Counted from the first letter of the stretch, positions 29,213 through 40,269 are shown. The stretch: 64,000 nt of DNA from an uncultured Lachnospiraceae bacterium (GCA_947175055.1 CAMWLJ010000006.1:44-64043); one strand, 5' to 3'. Numbers and translations are program-made. The notes: generated by a model from the letters alone, not told the origin.

Positions 29213-30262
29213 ATGGTTACTTTAAAAGAGATTGCCAGAGAATGTAATGTTTCGCCAACGACCGTGTCGAATATTTTGAATGGTAAGCCTAAGGTCAGTG
29301 AAGAGACGAAAGAGAGGGTGCTGGAGACCGTTAACAGGCTGGGGTACAGGCCTAATTATATTGCACAGGGTCTACGGAACCAGAAGACGAAGATGATCGG
29401 CATCATAGCGGAAGATATCGCGCAGTTTACGACGCCCGAGATCGTGGAGGGCATCATGAGCTACTGCGAGGAGAAGGGATATCGCTCTATTGTTAAGAAT
29501 CTCCGGCTTTATGCCAGATGGAGTGACTCTTGGTACAACAAAGAGTCGGATTATCATGCTATCTTGGAGCCGGCCATTAGAGAGTTGACATCGATCATGG
29601 TGGACGGGATCATTTATATTGCCGGACATGCACGGGTGATCCATTGCTTTCCGGAGGATTTTTCCACACCGGCGGTGATGACGTATGCATTTGACAGCAA
29701 TCCGGCTATTCCCTGCGTGGGGATTGATGACCAGGGGTCAGCATATGAGGCCGTGAAATACCTTATTTCCAAAGGGCACCGTAAGATCGGTGTCATCGGT
29801 GGGAGAGCGGACAATATTCATACACAGCAGAGACTTCTGGGATACCAGAAAGCGCTGTTTGAACATCAGGTCTTGTATAATCCGGCCTGGATCCGATATG
29901 CCGCGTGGGATGAAACGAGTGCTTACATAGAGGCGCTGGAGCTTATGAAGACGGAGGTGACAGCGGTTTTCTGCATGGCGGACAGAATGGCGGGCGGACT
30001 TTACCGCTGTCTGAATGAGAACGGTAAACGGGCCGGTACGGATATGGCAGTGGTGGGATTTGACGGGCAGGAGATCTCGGAATATTTCATTCCGGGATTG
30101 ACGACGATGGCGCTGCCACTCAGAAAGATCGGGCATGTATCTGCCGAGGTGTTGCTTAGGCAGATAGAATCCGGAGACAGCCGGATACGGCAGGAAGACG
30201 GGGCAGAGAAGATCTTGATACCCTGTACTTTTATAGAACGTGAATCTGTACATCAAATTTAA
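29213..30262 (+). CDS. LacI-family transcriptional regulator
   Basis: MVTLKEIARECNVSPTTVSNILN, YRPNYIAQGL, VVGFD, PGLTT, FIERES. Confidence 0.93.
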   Translation: MVTLKEIARECNVSPTTVSNILNGKPKVSEETKERVLETVNRLGYRPNYIAQGLRNQKTKMIGIIAEDIAQFTTPEIVEGIMSYCEEKGYRSIVKNLRLYARWSDSWYNKESDYHAILEPAIRELTSIMVDGIIYIAGHARVIHCFPEDFSTPAVMTYAFDSNPAIPCVGIDDQGSAYEAVKYLISKGHRKIGVIGGRADNIHTQQRLLGYQKALFEHQVLYNPAWIRYAAWDETSAYIEALELMKTEVTAVFCMADRMAGGLYRCLNENGKRAGTDMAVVGFDGQEISEYFIPGLTTMALPLRKIGHVSAEVLLRQIESGDSRIRQEDGAEKILIPCTFIERESVHQI

Positions 30263-30268
30263 AGAATG

Positions 30269-30304
30269 TCAGTCGGGATGGGGAACTGTTCCGGCTGATT
30301 TTTA
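30269..30304 (+). terminator. Intrinsic terminator after lacI
   Basis: TCAGTCGGGATGG-GGAA-CTGTTCCGGCTGA followed by TTTTT. Confidence 0.7.
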
Positions 30305-30348
30305 TCATAGGGGATTTTTTGGTTTTTTATGGAGAAATACAACTGTGA

Positions 30349-30403
30349 TTGACAAAAAAACAGCCGGAACATATAATGATTTCATAGTAGTTAAACGTTA
30401 AAC
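30349..30403 (+). promoter_or_regulatory. SigmaA promoter and LacI-type operator for the GH51 gene
   Basis: TTGACA (30349)-17 nt-TATAAT (30372). Near-palindrome GTTAAACGTTAAAC at 30390-30403. Confidence 0.85.
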
Positions 30404-30423
30404 AAGAAGGGAAGGGGTGGGGT

Positions 30424-31908
30424 ATGAAGTTACATATTCATGAAAACCAGAGGAAAGGGGTCATAGCACCGGAGATCTACGGACATTTCAGTGAGCATTT
30501 GGGGAGATGCATCTATGACGGTCTGTATGTGGGGGAGACGTCTGAGATACCCAATGTGAAAGGAATGCGGAGCGATGTAGTCGAAGCGCTTAAGGAGATC
30601 GATATTCCGGTACTGCGCTGGCCCGGGGGATGCTTTGCGGACGAGTACCACTGGAAGGACGGTATCGGCCCTAAGGAAGAGCGGAAGAAGATGGTCAATA
30701 CGCATTGGGGCGGCACGACGGAGGACAACAGCTTCGGAACCCATGAATATTTCGAGCTGTGTGAGCAGCTGGGCTGTAAGACCTATGTGTGTGGCAATGT
30801 GGGAAGCGGTACGGTGCAGGAGATGAGCGAGTGGGTAGAATATATGACCTTCGACGGTATGTCTCCGATGGCGGACCTGCGGCGGGAGAACGGACACGAG
30901 CAGGCATGGAAGCTGGACTACTTTGGTGTCGGCAATGAGAACTGGGGCTGTGGCGGTAATATGACACCGGATCATTATGCGCATTTGTACCGCAGATATC
31001 AGACTTATGTGCGGAATTACCATAAGGACCGTCCCGTCTTCAAGGTATGCGGCGGCGCGGATTCTACGGATTATGAATGGACGGATACCGTGCTGCACGA
31101 GTGTTTCCGGAAACCGGCCCCGGAAAGCGCCCATGGATTTATGGACGGGCTTTCCGTGCATTATTATGTAGGCGTGGAAAAGGGAGAGCACAAGGGAAGC
31201 GCCACGGATTTTGGCGAAGAGGAATGGAATGCTACCTTAAAGCGCGCACTGGCTATGGAAGAGTTGATCAGGAGGCACGGCGCGATCATGGATCGGTACG
31301 ATCCGGACAAGAAGATCGGCATGATCGTTGATGAGTGGGGCTGCTGGCATGACGTAGAAGTGGGAACGAACCCGGGATTCCTCTATCAGCAGAATACCAT
31401 GCGGGATGCCGTAGTGGCAGGTGTTACCCTGAATATCTTCAACAAGCATTGTGACAGAGTGAAGATGGCCTGCATTGCGCAGATCGTCAATGTACTGCAG
31501 TCGGTGGTGCTGACGGAGGGCAGCCGTATGCTGCTGACGCCCACCTATCATATATTCCACATGTATAAGCATCACCAGGGAGCAGAGCTGATCGAGAGTT
31601 ATCTGGAGGAAGAAGCAGAGAACAGCTCCATGGTGCAGGAGTCGGCCTCTATCGATCAGGACGGCGTCGTGACGGTAACGCTTACGAATTATTCCCTGCA
31701 GGAGTCCAGAGATATGGAACTTCTGTTTGAGGAGCGAAAGCCTGCCGATGTGAAGGGATACATTGTACACGGTGCTATGAATGCCTATAATACCTTTGAT
31801 GAGCCGGAGAATGTCGTGGAAGAGGAGTTTGCGGCGTTTACCGTGAACGACAGAGGGCTGTCTTTTGTGATTCCGCCGCGCAGCGTAATGATGTTCAGGA
31901 TCGGATAG
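30424..31908 (+). CDS. abfA: GH51 alpha-L-arabinofuranosidase
   Basis: [33 protein letters not shown] (acid/base), IVDEWG (nucleophile), AQIVNVLQ. Confidence 0.93.
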   Translation: MKLHIHENQRKGVIAPEIYGHFSEHLGRCIYDGLYVGETSEIPNVKGMRSDVVEALKEIDIPVLRWPGGCFADEYHWKDGIGPKEERKKMVNTHWGGTTEDNSFGTHEYFELCEQLGCKTYVCGNVGSGTVQEMSEWVEYMTFDGMSPMADLRRENGHEQAWKLDYFGVGNENWGCGGNMTPDHYAHLYRRYQTYVRNYHKDRPVFKVCGGADSTDYEWTDTVLHECFRKPAPESAHGFMDGLSVHYYVGVEKGEHKGSATDFGEEEWNATLKRALAMEELIRRHGAIMDRYDPDKKIGMIVDEWGCWHDVEVGTNPGFLYQQNTMRDAVVAGVTLNIFNKHCDRVKMACIAQIVNVLQSVVLTEGSRMLLTPTYHIFHMYKHHQGAELIESYLEEEAENSSMVQESASIDQDGVVTVTLTNYSLQESRDMELLFEERKPADVKGYIVHGAMNAYNTFDEPENVVEEEFAAFTVNDRGLSFVIPPRSVMMFRIG

Positions 31909-32004
31909 AGTTCTCTGCCGCGTAATTTATGCGGCCGGGAATCGGTGATTCGGAATAGAGAAAATGTGATGTTTCGGAATAGAGAGAAGGATGGAAAAGA
32001 ATCT

Positions 32005-33624
32005 ATGGAAGTGAGAGTATATACGAGGCAGCCGAATGAAGCTGATTATCCGCCGGGTTTAGCTTACAGCGTCCATATGGCATCCCGTGCCGGGGAGGAG
32101 GAATTTAAGCCCTGGAATAAGAATTACGGGATTCTCTTTGCAAAGGCGCTGATCCGGATGGATGACACCCTCGATACGAAAGCTCTGAAGCACCCAAGGA
32201 TTTATGAGATGAAGGACGGCAGTTATGGCATAGCTGCCGTCAGGGTGCAGGAAGACGGCAGCGAGGATGTGGACAGCAGGGGCAAAGTCTTGCTGTGGAA
32301 GACCGTGGATTTTATCAGCTTTGACAGTCTGGGCCTGGTGGATGTGTCAGAGAGCGGCTGGGAGACGGCGGGGGACTGCATTCCGGTTAAGAAGGAAGTG
32401 CTGGAGAGAGCGGCAGAGCATTGGAGTCCGGTTTTCAACACGAAGATCAGAGTGCCGGAGTGCGTCGAACTGCATTCTGAGGAAGCATTAGACCAGGTCA
32501 GGGCTGAGGCAGTCTATTCGGATGGCTCTTGTCACTCGAAGAGAGTTGTATGGGACAAAACAGGCATCGATTTGGTGCCGGGCAGCAGTTATGAAGTGAC
32601 AGGCAGTATTGTGGATCAGAGTTTTCCTTTTCCCGTCGCTGTAGGATACGGTGATCCGGTGATCTTTCCCTGGGAGGGGAAATGGTACTACATCTCCACC
32701 AATGACAATACTAACGATATCGGCCTGTATGTGCGGGAAGCGGACAGTGTAAAGGAGCTGTTTCGGGAAGACACAGTAGAGCACCTTATCCTGGCGGAGG
32801 ACGAGGAGCGGCAGCTGTTGCAGACCTTCTGGGCGCCGGAATTTCATGTGATAGGGGGAGAACTTTATATTCTGTTTGCGGTGAGCGGGCAGGTGTGGGG
32901 ACCCCAGTGCCACATGATGAGACTGCGCAAGGGAAGATCCGTCATAGAAGCGGACAGCTGGGAAGACCCGGTCAGGGTAGTGAGAGCCGACGGCAGCGCG
33001 CTGACGCAAGATGGGATCACGCTGGATATGACTTATCTGAAAACGGCCGGAAGCTCATATGTCGTATGGTCCTACAGGAAGCATATTGGAACGCCGCTGG
33101 ACAGCGGTTCGATGCTCTATATCGCCACCATCGATGAAGGAGAACCGTGGAAATTATCAAGTGAGCCGGTGCTGCTTACGAGACCGCTTCTGGGATGGGA
33201 GAATGTGGCAGGAACGATCAATAATGAGGGGCCTTACTGCTTTACGAAAGACGGGACGGTCTATCTTACTTATTCGGGCGGTTCGGCCAACAGCTATACA
33301 TATGTTCTGGGACTTTTGACGGCACGGGCAGAGGATGATCTGCTCAGCTTGGCCTCGTGGACAAAAAGGTGTACGCCGGTGCTCTCATTCTACTCGGTGG
33401 AAGGGGAATACGGGCCCGGACACAATTCTTTCTATGTCAGCGAGGAGGGGGATCTGATGATCGCCTATCACGCGGAGACTGCGCTGGATAACACCATCAG
33501 ATGTGATGGCATCAGACGGGTTCATTTCCGCAAGAACGGCCTGCCGGAGTTTGGCATGTCTGCTGAGGAAGATCTGAATCCTTCGCTGCGGCAGATTAAG
33601 ACACGTGTTATCATCAAAGAATGA
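32005..33624 (+). CDS. GH43 glycoside hydrolase with N-terminal accessory/Ig-like region
   Basis: GDPVI, FWAPEFH, ITLDMT, INNEGP, GPGHNSF. Start at 32005 chosen; the ORF track starts at 31945. Confidence 0.88.
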   Translation: MEVRVYTRQPNEADYPPGLAYSVHMASRAGEEEFKPWNKNYGILFAKALIRMDDTLDTKALKHPRIYEMKDGSYGIAAVRVQEDGSEDVDSRGKVLLWKTVDFISFDSLGLVDVSESGWETAGDCIPVKKEVLERAAEHWSPVFNTKIRVPECVELHSEEALDQVRAEAVYSDGSCHSKRVVWDKTGIDLVPGSSYEVTGSIVDQSFPFPVAVGYGDPVIFPWEGKWYYISTNDNTNDIGLYVREADSVKELFREDTVEHLILAEDEERQLLQTFWAPEFHVIGGELYILFAVSGQVWGPQCHMMRLRKGRSVIEADSWEDPVRVVRADGSALTQDGITLDMTYLKTAGSSYVVWSYRKHIGTPLDSGSMLYIATIDEGEPWKLSSEPVLLTRPLLGWENVAGTINNEGPYCFTKDGTVYLTYSGGSANSYTYVLGLLTARAEDDLLSLASWTKRCTPVLSFYSVEGEYGPGHNSFYVSEEGDLMIAYHAETALDNTIRCDGIRRVHFRKNGLPEFGMSAEEDLNPSLRQIKTRVIIKE

Positions 33625-33637
33625 TCTTAGATCAGTC

Positions 33638-33687
33638 TATTCCCGCGGGCAACGAACCGAATGGCTGCTTGCAGCGGGGTCTTTGAT
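33638..33687 (+). repeat. 50-bp dispersed repeat, copy 2
   Basis: TATTCCCGCGGGCAACGAACCGAATGGCTGCTTGCAGCGGGGTCTTTGAT; 45/50 identity to 20620-20669 in the opposite orientation. Confidence 0.8.
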
Positions 33688-33713
33688 CTTCACAACTATA
33701 TAAGTTATGACTT

Positions 33714-33743
33714 GGAACAGCGCCCCGGTGGCGCTGTTTCTTT
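33714..33743 (+). terminator. Intrinsic terminator after GH43
   Basis: GGAACAGCGCC-CCGGT-GGCGCTGTTTC followed by TTT. Confidence 0.65.
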
Positions 33744-33937
33744 GTCGTATAAGACAAAAGCAATGACCGAACTATAGGCAGGATTCTTTAAAAGAAATTT
33801 TATAATTATCATATTCGGTAAATGGTTTAACGATATTTATATATAGAATGTAAATGCGTATTTTTAAAACATGAATAATCTTTGGCATTTTCCACTAAAA
33901 AAAGGTAGGAATTTAGTAATAATTGCATAAAACATCA

Positions 33938-33993
33938 CTGACAAAAAGTCAAAACAGCTGTATTGTTTGTATATAGAAGGTAAAACGTTAAAC
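33938..33993 (+). promoter_or_regulatory. Promoter and second LacI-type operator for the sugar ABC operon
   Basis: CTGACA-17 nt-TATTGT. GTAAAACGTTAAAC at 33980-33993 is 13/14 identical to the site at 30390. Confidence 0.75.
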
Positions 33994-34012
33994 AAATCAG
34001 AGAGGATGGATA

Positions 34013-34936
34013 ATGATGCTCAGTAAAATTGATAAGAAGAAATGGTACTCTTTTAAACTGTTTCTTTATGTGCTGCCTTTTTTGGTGCTGGTACTGTTGT
34101 TTTCCTACTATCCATTGTATGGATGGCTGTATGCATTCTATGATTACAGGCCGCCGAGACCGTTTTCGGAAGCCGAGTTTGTCGGACTGAAATGGTTTAA
34201 GTCGCTGGTGGAGAATCCGGTGAAGATCTCCCAGCTGCTCCAGGTGTTGAAGAATACTTTCGTCATGAGCGGTATCACGCTGGGAACGTCATGGCTGCCC
34301 ATGCTGTTTGCCGTATTTCTTAACGAGATCAAATGCATACCGTTCAGGAAGTTTGTTCAGACAGTCACCACACTGCCGAACTTTATCAGCTGGGTATTGG
34401 TTTACTCTCTGGCGTTCAGCTTATTTAACAGCACCGGAATGGTGAACACGCTGCTGTTGAACCTGGGACTGATCAAAGAACCGGTCCTGCTCCTGCAGTC
34501 TTCCGAGCATGTATGGCTCACGCAGTGGCTGTGGCTTACATGGAAGAATCTGGGATGGGCGGCGATCATGTATATCGCGGCGATCTCCAGTATTGATGAC
34601 GAACTGTTCCAGGCGGCTAAGGTGGATGGCGCAACGAGGATGCAGATGATCCGCTATATCACGATACCGAGCTTGCTGCCGACATTCTTCGTATTGCTGA
34701 TGATGAATATCGGTAATTTCCTCTCGAATGGTATGGAACAGTATTACGTCTTCCAGAATGCATTTAACAAAGAATATATACAGGTGTTGGATCTGTATGT
34801 CTATAATCTGGCGATGGGAAGCGGCAGTTATTCCGTGTCTGTTGCCCTGAGTATGCTTAAGAGTGTTGTCAGTGTGATCCTTTTGATCGTGGCCAATGCA
34901 ATTTCCAAGATGACACGCGGCGAGAGTTTCCTGTAA
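34013..34936 (+). CDS. Carbohydrate ABC permease 1 (LplB/YteP-like)
   Basis: FVGLKWF, LPNFISWV, WKNLGWAAIMYIAAI, AAKVDGA (EAA loop). Confidence 0.9.
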   Translation: MMLSKIDKKKWYSFKLFLYVLPFLVLVLLFSYYPLYGWLYAFYDYRPPRPFSEAEFVGLKWFKSLVENPVKISQLLQVLKNTFVMSGITLGTSWLPMLFAVFLNEIKCIPFRKFVQTVTTLPNFISWVLVYSLAFSLFNSTGMVNTLLLNLGLIKEPVLLLQSSEHVWLTQWLWLTWKNLGWAAIMYIAAISSIDDELFQAAKVDGATRMQMIRYITIPSLLPTFFVLLMMNIGNFLSNGMEQYYVFQNAFNKEYIQVLDLYVYNLAMGSGSYSVSVALSMLKSVVSVILLIVANAISKMTRGESFL

Positions 34937-34957
34937 TGGTAAGTGAAGGAGGATTTC

Positions 34958-35881
34958 ATGAGTAGAGAGATTGCTTTGAAGAGAAGAAGGCATGAGAGTT
35001 TCGGGGACCAGATGGTCAGCGTTATATGTTACATAGTATTTGGAATCTGCGCGATCTTGTGTTTGTATCCGTTCTATTACATGTTTATCAATACGATCAG
35101 TGCGAATGACTTAAGCTCCAGAGGTGTGATCTTATTCTGGCCCAAGGGCGTGCACTGGAAGAATTACAGCAGCGCGCTTGGTATTGACGGTCTGTTCCAG
35201 GCGGCGAAGATCTCGGTGATGCGTACGCTTCTTGGTACCTTTGGCACCGTGAGCGCCTCGGCATTCCTGGGGTTCATGTTTTCCCAGGATAAGATGTGGC
35301 ACAGGAAGTTGTGGTACAGACTGGTGATCGCCACGATGTACTTCAATGCAGGTATCATCCCCTGGTTTTTGGTGATGAAGAACATGCATCTGACGAACAA
35401 TTTCTGGGGCTATATCCTTCCGATGATCGTATCGCCCTTCCATATTGTCCTGACGAAGACCTTCGTGGAATCTGTTCCGAAGGAGCTGCAGGAAGCGGCA
35501 GAGATTGACGGTGCGGGAATCCTGACGATCTTCTTTAAAGTGATGATACCGGTCATTAAGCCGATCATGGCCACGGTTGCCATTTTTGCAGCGGTCAACC
35601 AGTGGAACGCGTTTCAGGATACGCTGCTGCTGGTCACGGATACGAAGCTGTATCCTCTGCAGTTCGTGTTGTATCAGTATCTGAATCAGGCGAGTTCGCT
35701 GTCGGCGTTGGCCAACACCAGCAGTTCCAGCTCTTTGGCTGCCGCTGCTGCAACAACCCAGACTGCCACCAGTATCCGTATGACGATCACCATTATCGTT
35801 GTATTGCCGATCATGTGCGTATATCCTTTCTTCCAGAAGTATTTCGTGAAGGGTATCATGGTCGGAGCTGTTAAAGGCTAA
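34958..35881 (+). CDS. Carbohydrate ABC permease 2
   Basis: MYFNAGIIP, ELQEAAEIDGA, VNQWN, YPFFQKYFVKGIMVGAVKG. Confidence 0.9.
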   Translation: MSREIALKRRRHESFGDQMVSVICYIVFGICAILCLYPFYYMFINTISANDLSSRGVILFWPKGVHWKNYSSALGIDGLFQAAKISVMRTLLGTFGTVSASAFLGFMFSQDKMWHRKLWYRLVIATMYFNAGIIPWFLVMKNMHLTNNFWGYILPMIVSPFHIVLTKTFVESVPKELQEAAEIDGAGILTIFFKVMIPVIKPIMATVAIFAAVNQWNAFQDTLLLVTDTKLYPLQFVLYQYLNQASSLSALANTSSSSSLAAAAATTQTATSIRMTITIIVVLPIMCVYPFFQKYFVKGIMVGAVKG

Positions 35882-35975
35882 CGGCCAGATGTCGGTCGTA
35901 AGTGATGATAGGCGGGAATAGGCCGCTTGTTATAAAGTTTAAGAAAATAAGATAAAATTTTTAAGGAGGTAAGGA

Positions 35976-37763
35976 ATGAAAAAGCGTATTGTATCAACAT
36001 TACTGGCAGTTGTTTTGACAACTTCCATGATCCTGAGTGGATGCGGAAACGGCGGACAGGAGGAAACTGCTGCACCGGCAGAAGGGACAGAAGCTGCGGC
36101 AGAAGCACCGGAGTCCGGTGACGCAGAGAGTGCCGACGGAGAAGAAGCTGCGGCAGAAGCACCGGCAGTTTCCCATGACGAAGAGCTGACACTTGTAGTC
36201 TATGATGTGGCGGCCAACTATCAGGGATTACAGAGCGGATGGTATGGTAAGATCCTGAAGGATAAGTTCAACATAGTGCTGAATATTATCGCTCCGCAAG
36301 TATCCGGTGACGGTGAGGCACTGTATCAGACCAGAACGGCTTCAGGAAATCTGGGCGATATTATCCTGCTTGATAATGCAGACATGCTGGAATGTATCGA
36401 TGTAGGTCTCGTTGCCGACATGAGCGCAGAGATCAAGAATTATCCGAATCTGATGAGATATTGGGAGCAGATCGAGAAATTCAATGCAGGTATCGGCGAC
36501 GGCGTTTGGGCGATTCCCACAGAAATGAATACCAATGGACCGACTGCATACATGGCTGAGACCGTTTCTTCTATGCCGAGAATCCCGTGGGATTTCTATA
36601 CGGAGCTCGGACGGCCTGAACTGAATACATTGGACGATCTGATCAAGGTATTGGTAGATATGCAGGCAGCACATCCCACCAATGAAGCAGGCGACAAGGC
36701 TTATGGCATGACTCTGTGGAAAGATTGGGACGGCACATCCATCGAGAACGTTAATCAGCTGACGAAATGGTACGGACAGGAAGTGAACGGTTCCGTTTTG
36801 ATCGGTTCCGACCATTCCATCACACCGCTGACCGATAAGAACGGTGCGTATTATAAGATGCTGCACTTCTTCTTCCAGGCGAACCAGAACGGTATCGTTG
36901 ACCCGGACTCCGCTACACAGGACTGGACATCGGCCAACGATAAGATGAAGCAGAAGAGAACTTATCTTGTATGGAACAACTGGATGCTTGGTTTCACAAA
37001 CTCTCCTGAGATCGGTGAGAAGGGCGCTAACTATATGGGTATGCCGATCTCCGACATGACAGTATTCCAGACTTCCGATTACTACTACGGCAGCGGTCGT
37101 GTATTCGGTATCGGTTCTCAGGTAGATGACGAGACGAAGGCTCGTATCATGGAGTTCTTTGACTGGCTGGCATCTCCGGAAGGATGTACGATCCAGCATG
37201 CCGGTGACGAAGGCATTATCTACACGGTAAATGATGATGGTACTTATACGCTGACAGAGGACGGTTACAATAGATTTACGACAGAGATCATGATCCCTGA
37301 GGAGCTGGGTGGCGGTAACTGGACAGACGGTAACAACCAGGTTAACCAGTGGATCGTACAGAGTTACGACACGAACCCGGTCACCGGTGAGAGCTATGTG
37401 CCTGATCTGTGGGCATCTTATCTCGAGAAGAACAATACCAAGACTAACAAAGAGTGGAAAGAAATGCACGGTGCAGAGAACGAGGTTGAGTATTTGCAGG
37501 ATAAGGGCATGATGAGCCCGGTACCGAGCATTAACATGTCTCTTGCGATCGATACAACAGATATCGGCCTGATCCGCAGCCAGTGTAAGACAATCGTATG
37601 TGACTCTTCCTGGAAAGCGATTTTTGCTGCAGACGAGGCTGCTTTCGAGGCAACATGGGATGATATGTGTGCACAGCTGGAAGGCTTTGGCTGGAACGAT
37701 CTGGTAGCATTCGATACAGAGAAGTATCAGCCTGTTGTCGACGCCAGAAAAGAAGTGAAATAA
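35976..37763 (+). CDS. Carbohydrate ABC solute-binding lipoprotein
   Basis: Lipobox LSGC, Ala/Glu-rich linker, follows two permease genes. Confidence 0.87.
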   Translation: MKKRIVSTLLAVVLTTSMILSGCGNGGQEETAAPAEGTEAAAEAPESGDAESADGEEAAAEAPAVSHDEELTLVVYDVAANYQGLQSGWYGKILKDKFNIVLNIIAPQVSGDGEALYQTRTASGNLGDIILLDNADMLECIDVGLVADMSAEIKNYPNLMRYWEQIEKFNAGIGDGVWAIPTEMNTNGPTAYMAETVSSMPRIPWDFYTELGRPELNTLDDLIKVLVDMQAAHPTNEAGDKAYGMTLWKDWDGTSIENVNQLTKWYGQEVNGSVLIGSDHSITPLTDKNGAYYKMLHFFFQANQNGIVDPDSATQDWTSANDKMKQKRTYLVWNNWMLGFTNSPEIGEKGANYMGMPISDMTVFQTSDYYYGSGRVFGIGSQVDDETKARIMEFFDWLASPEGCTIQHAGDEGIIYTVNDDGTYTLTEDGYNRFTTEIMIPEELGGGNWTDGNNQVNQWIVQSYDTNPVTGESYVPDLWASYLEKNNTKTNKEWKEMHGAENEVEYLQDKGMMSPVPSINMSLAIDTTDIGLIRSQCKTIVCDSSWKAIFAADEAAFEATWDDMCAQLEGFGWNDLVAFDTEKYQPVVDARKEVK

Positions 37764-37834
37764 ACTGGGGAGATTAACTATATACACGTAACAGGAAAGT
37801 AGGGGGGCTTGATGGTTACGACTGGTCTACAGCG

Positions 37835-37863
37835 ACAGGAGGCGGTGAGAATCTGCCTCCTGT
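37835..37863. terminator. Hairpin terminator between convergent genes
   Basis: ACAGGAGGCGG-TGAGAAT-CTGCCTCCTGT. Confidence 0.65.
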
Positions 37864-37884
37864 TTGCGTGTAAATGTAAACTCA

Positions 37885-38874
37885 TCACATATGTATGGAA
37901 TTTAGTCTGTATATGATCTCATCTTCCCATGCATATTCTGGCAGATCACTGTTTGGAATATGATCTCCATCTTCCAGAAAGGCGAGAGTCCTTCTGATCC
38001 CTTCTTCTAAACTTACGGAAACATGAAAGGAAGGGATGTCCCGTGCGATCTTATCACCGCAATAAAAGCCGTTATAGCGCCAGTTCTCCCGATAACTTTC
38101 AAAGTTAGGGAGGTGGTAGGAGGCTAAGAGACTGTAAGGCGCTTCGATCATTTCTACTTCTCTGCCCACTGCATGCATCATAGCCAGATGAAATTCCTGC
38201 CAGCTGTGTGGACGCAGCCCGACCATATTGTATGCCTGCCCAAGACATTTGGGATTCCCCAGCGCGCCGGTGAACGCCGCCGCCGCATCGTCTACATGCA
38301 GGAAATTTCGCAACAGATAGGGATTACCGGTGAGGATCGGTTTTCCCTTTTTGATGCGGTCAATCCAACTGTTGTCAAACAGGAACTGGCGGAAGAAAAG
38401 CTTTTGTCGGCCATAAGTAAAGGTGGGACGGATTATGGTGACCGGGAAACGGCAGTCGCTGAATTTCTCCAGGAAAAAGTCTTCGGCGTTTTTCTTACCG
38501 ATGCCGTAAGACCAGGACGGATTGCGGGGAGCATCTTCCGGTATGGGGGTGTAGTGCGGAGGAAGCACGCCATATACTGCGCCGGTGGAGCACATGATGA
38601 AGTGTCCTACGTCATACAGCGCCGCAAAATCATCTTCCGCATCTTTTCGGTCAAAACAGATCATATCGATAGCATAGTCAAAGTGCGTCTGGCGGAGTCT
38701 GTGGACAAACATCTCCCGATCGTGCCGGTCTCCCTGAATGACCCTGTAATCTTTTGAGGAGGTTTTAGTTTCGTTGCGATTGAATAAGGTAACGTCATAT
38801 CCCTCTGCTGACAGCGCTTTGGTAATACCCGTGCTGATATTCCCGGTTCCTCCGATGATAAGTACTTTCTTCAT
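37885..38874 (-). CDS. NAD-dependent epimerase/dehydratase family (atypical SDR)
   Basis: IIGGTGNIS, GDRHD, CSTGAVYG, YGIGK, IRPTFTYG, FLHVDD. Confidence 0.85.
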   Translation of the reverse strand: MKKVLIIGGTGNISTGITKALSAEGYDVTLFNRNETKTSSKDYRVIQGDRHDREMFVHRLRQTHFDYAIDMICFDRKDAEDDFAALYDVGHFIMCSTGAVYGVLPPHYTPIPEDAPRNPSWSYGIGKKNAEDFFLEKFSDCRFPVTIIRPTFTYGRQKLFFRQFLFDNSWIDRIKKGKPILTGNPYLLRNFLHVDDAAAAFTGALGNPKCLGQAYNMVGLRPHSWQEFHLAMMHAVGREVEMIEAPYSLLASYHLPNFESYRENWRYNGFYCGDKIARDIPSFHVSVSLEEGIRRTLAFLEDGDHIPNSDLPEYAWEDEIIYRLNSIHM

Positions 38875-38989
38875 AAGTGATCTCCTTTCAGATAAAATAT
38901 GTCTATGATTTCCAAGAACATGCACATCCCAGGCGGCAGAAGTCCTGCTGTCAGGATTCAGGACAAAAGCTGTTCATAGAATGTAAAAT

Positions 38990-39973
38990 CTATGCTGCCG
39001 GAAGCGAGCAGTTCCAGCATAAGGCCCTCGTAATATTTTGCATGGCAATCCGTTGGAAACTGATGTAATTTCCGCTGTAGGTACTGTATTTTCCATAGAA
39101 ATCAGTGTCTTTAGCCGATACATGGATCTGCCCTTTCTGATTTTTCCTGACCAGGGATGCCTGAAAGGTGGAGGGTGTTACACCTACTAAATTCTTAAAT
39201 ACCCGGTTAAAGGTGGCAATACTTCCGAATCCGCAGGTAAGTGCAACTTCCGTAATAGTCATATCCGGCTGGCCCAGGAGCCGCTTGGCATTGACGATGC
39301 GAATGTACGACAGATACTGCTTGAAAGTCTGCTGAAAAGTATCTTTAAAGTAATGTGCGGTATAGTCGGCAGACAGATGAATATGTTTTGCCAGTGAATT
39401 TAAGGTGATGTCATGCTGAAAATTGTCCAGGATATAGGAAGCGATCTGCCTTTTGCGCGTATCATCTTCGGTAATAACAGTATTTTGCTGTATACAGTAA
39501 TCGTGTGCGTGCTCGAAGAGGAAGCACAGTGCGAGCAGGATATAAGCCTGACAGCGCATGGGCTGGATATTACTTGTGGCAAAAGAATTCTTATAGGCCA
39601 GTAAGAGCAGGGTCCTGATTTTATTGAGATGCAGATCCTGCACATTGTTGTTTTCGATGACGAAGGAAAGAGAAGAATCAGTTAATTCGGGCATTAATCG
39701 GGCAATCGAATCTTTATTCACGCCGATAAAAGTACAAAAACAGTAGTCTTCATCCGCCATGTAGGCATGCATATTCAGTGCGTTCACAAAGAAAATTCCT
39801 CCAGGAGAAAGCGACCAGGTCTTAGAACCGATGGTGACTTTCATAGAACCCTTCCATACGATTCCCATTTCCGCATCATAATGGTTATGCAAAGAAGTGT
39901 TATATACACCAATAGTATAAATCAGAGAATCGTGATTGTTCATGATGAAATGATCATAGTAAAAACCTTCCAT
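38990..39973 (-). CDS. AraC-family regulator
   Basis: Cupin HNHYDAE; HTH LAKHIHLSADYTAHYFK...ITEVALTCGFGSIATFNRVFK. Divergent from the Opp cluster. Confidence 0.9.
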   Translation of the reverse strand: MEGFYYDHFIMNNHDSLIYTIGVYNTSLHNHYDAEMGIVWKGSMKVTIGSKTWSLSPGGIFFVNALNMHAYMADEDYCFCTFIGVNKDSIARLMPELTDSSLSFVIENNNVQDLHLNKIRTLLLLAYKNSFATSNIQPMRCQAYILLALCFLFEHAHDYCIQQNTVITEDDTRKRQIASYILDNFQHDITLNSLAKHIHLSADYTAHYFKDTFQQTFKQYLSYIRIVNAKRLLGQPDMTITEVALTCGFGSIATFNRVFKNLVGVTPSTFQASLVRKNQKGQIHVSAKDTDFYGKYSTYSGNYISFQRIAMQNITRALCWNCSLPAA

Positions 39974-40269
39974 AATAAATCCCCTTTTCTAAAGATTTTA
40001 ACCTGAGAGCTTTGGGCACTGTCGAAAAACGACAGATTCTGTAATGACATTAACTGAATTTGCAAAGACAAAATATCTAAAATCATATAGGCTGAAATTA
40101 CAGGTTGTTGAAAAAATAAACATAAATATCTTGCTTTAAAAGCTGGAATATGGATATTATTACCATTCGATCTTTCGGAAATTCATCATTCTGGTTGATT
40201 TCGTTTAGTATAATATATTTTCTGCTATATTACAAACATTTGTTATAGAACAAATATAAGGAGGGGAAT

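Noticed and set aside
36085-36170. Direct repeat GAAGCTGCGGCAGAAGCACCGG in the SBP gene
   Set aside because: It encodes an ordinary low-complexity EAAAEAP lipoprotein linker.
36342-37787. Long antisense ORFs (481 aa here; also 13554-14738 and 7127-8122)
   Set aside because: They are shadow frames of well-supported sense genes and have no recognisable motifs.
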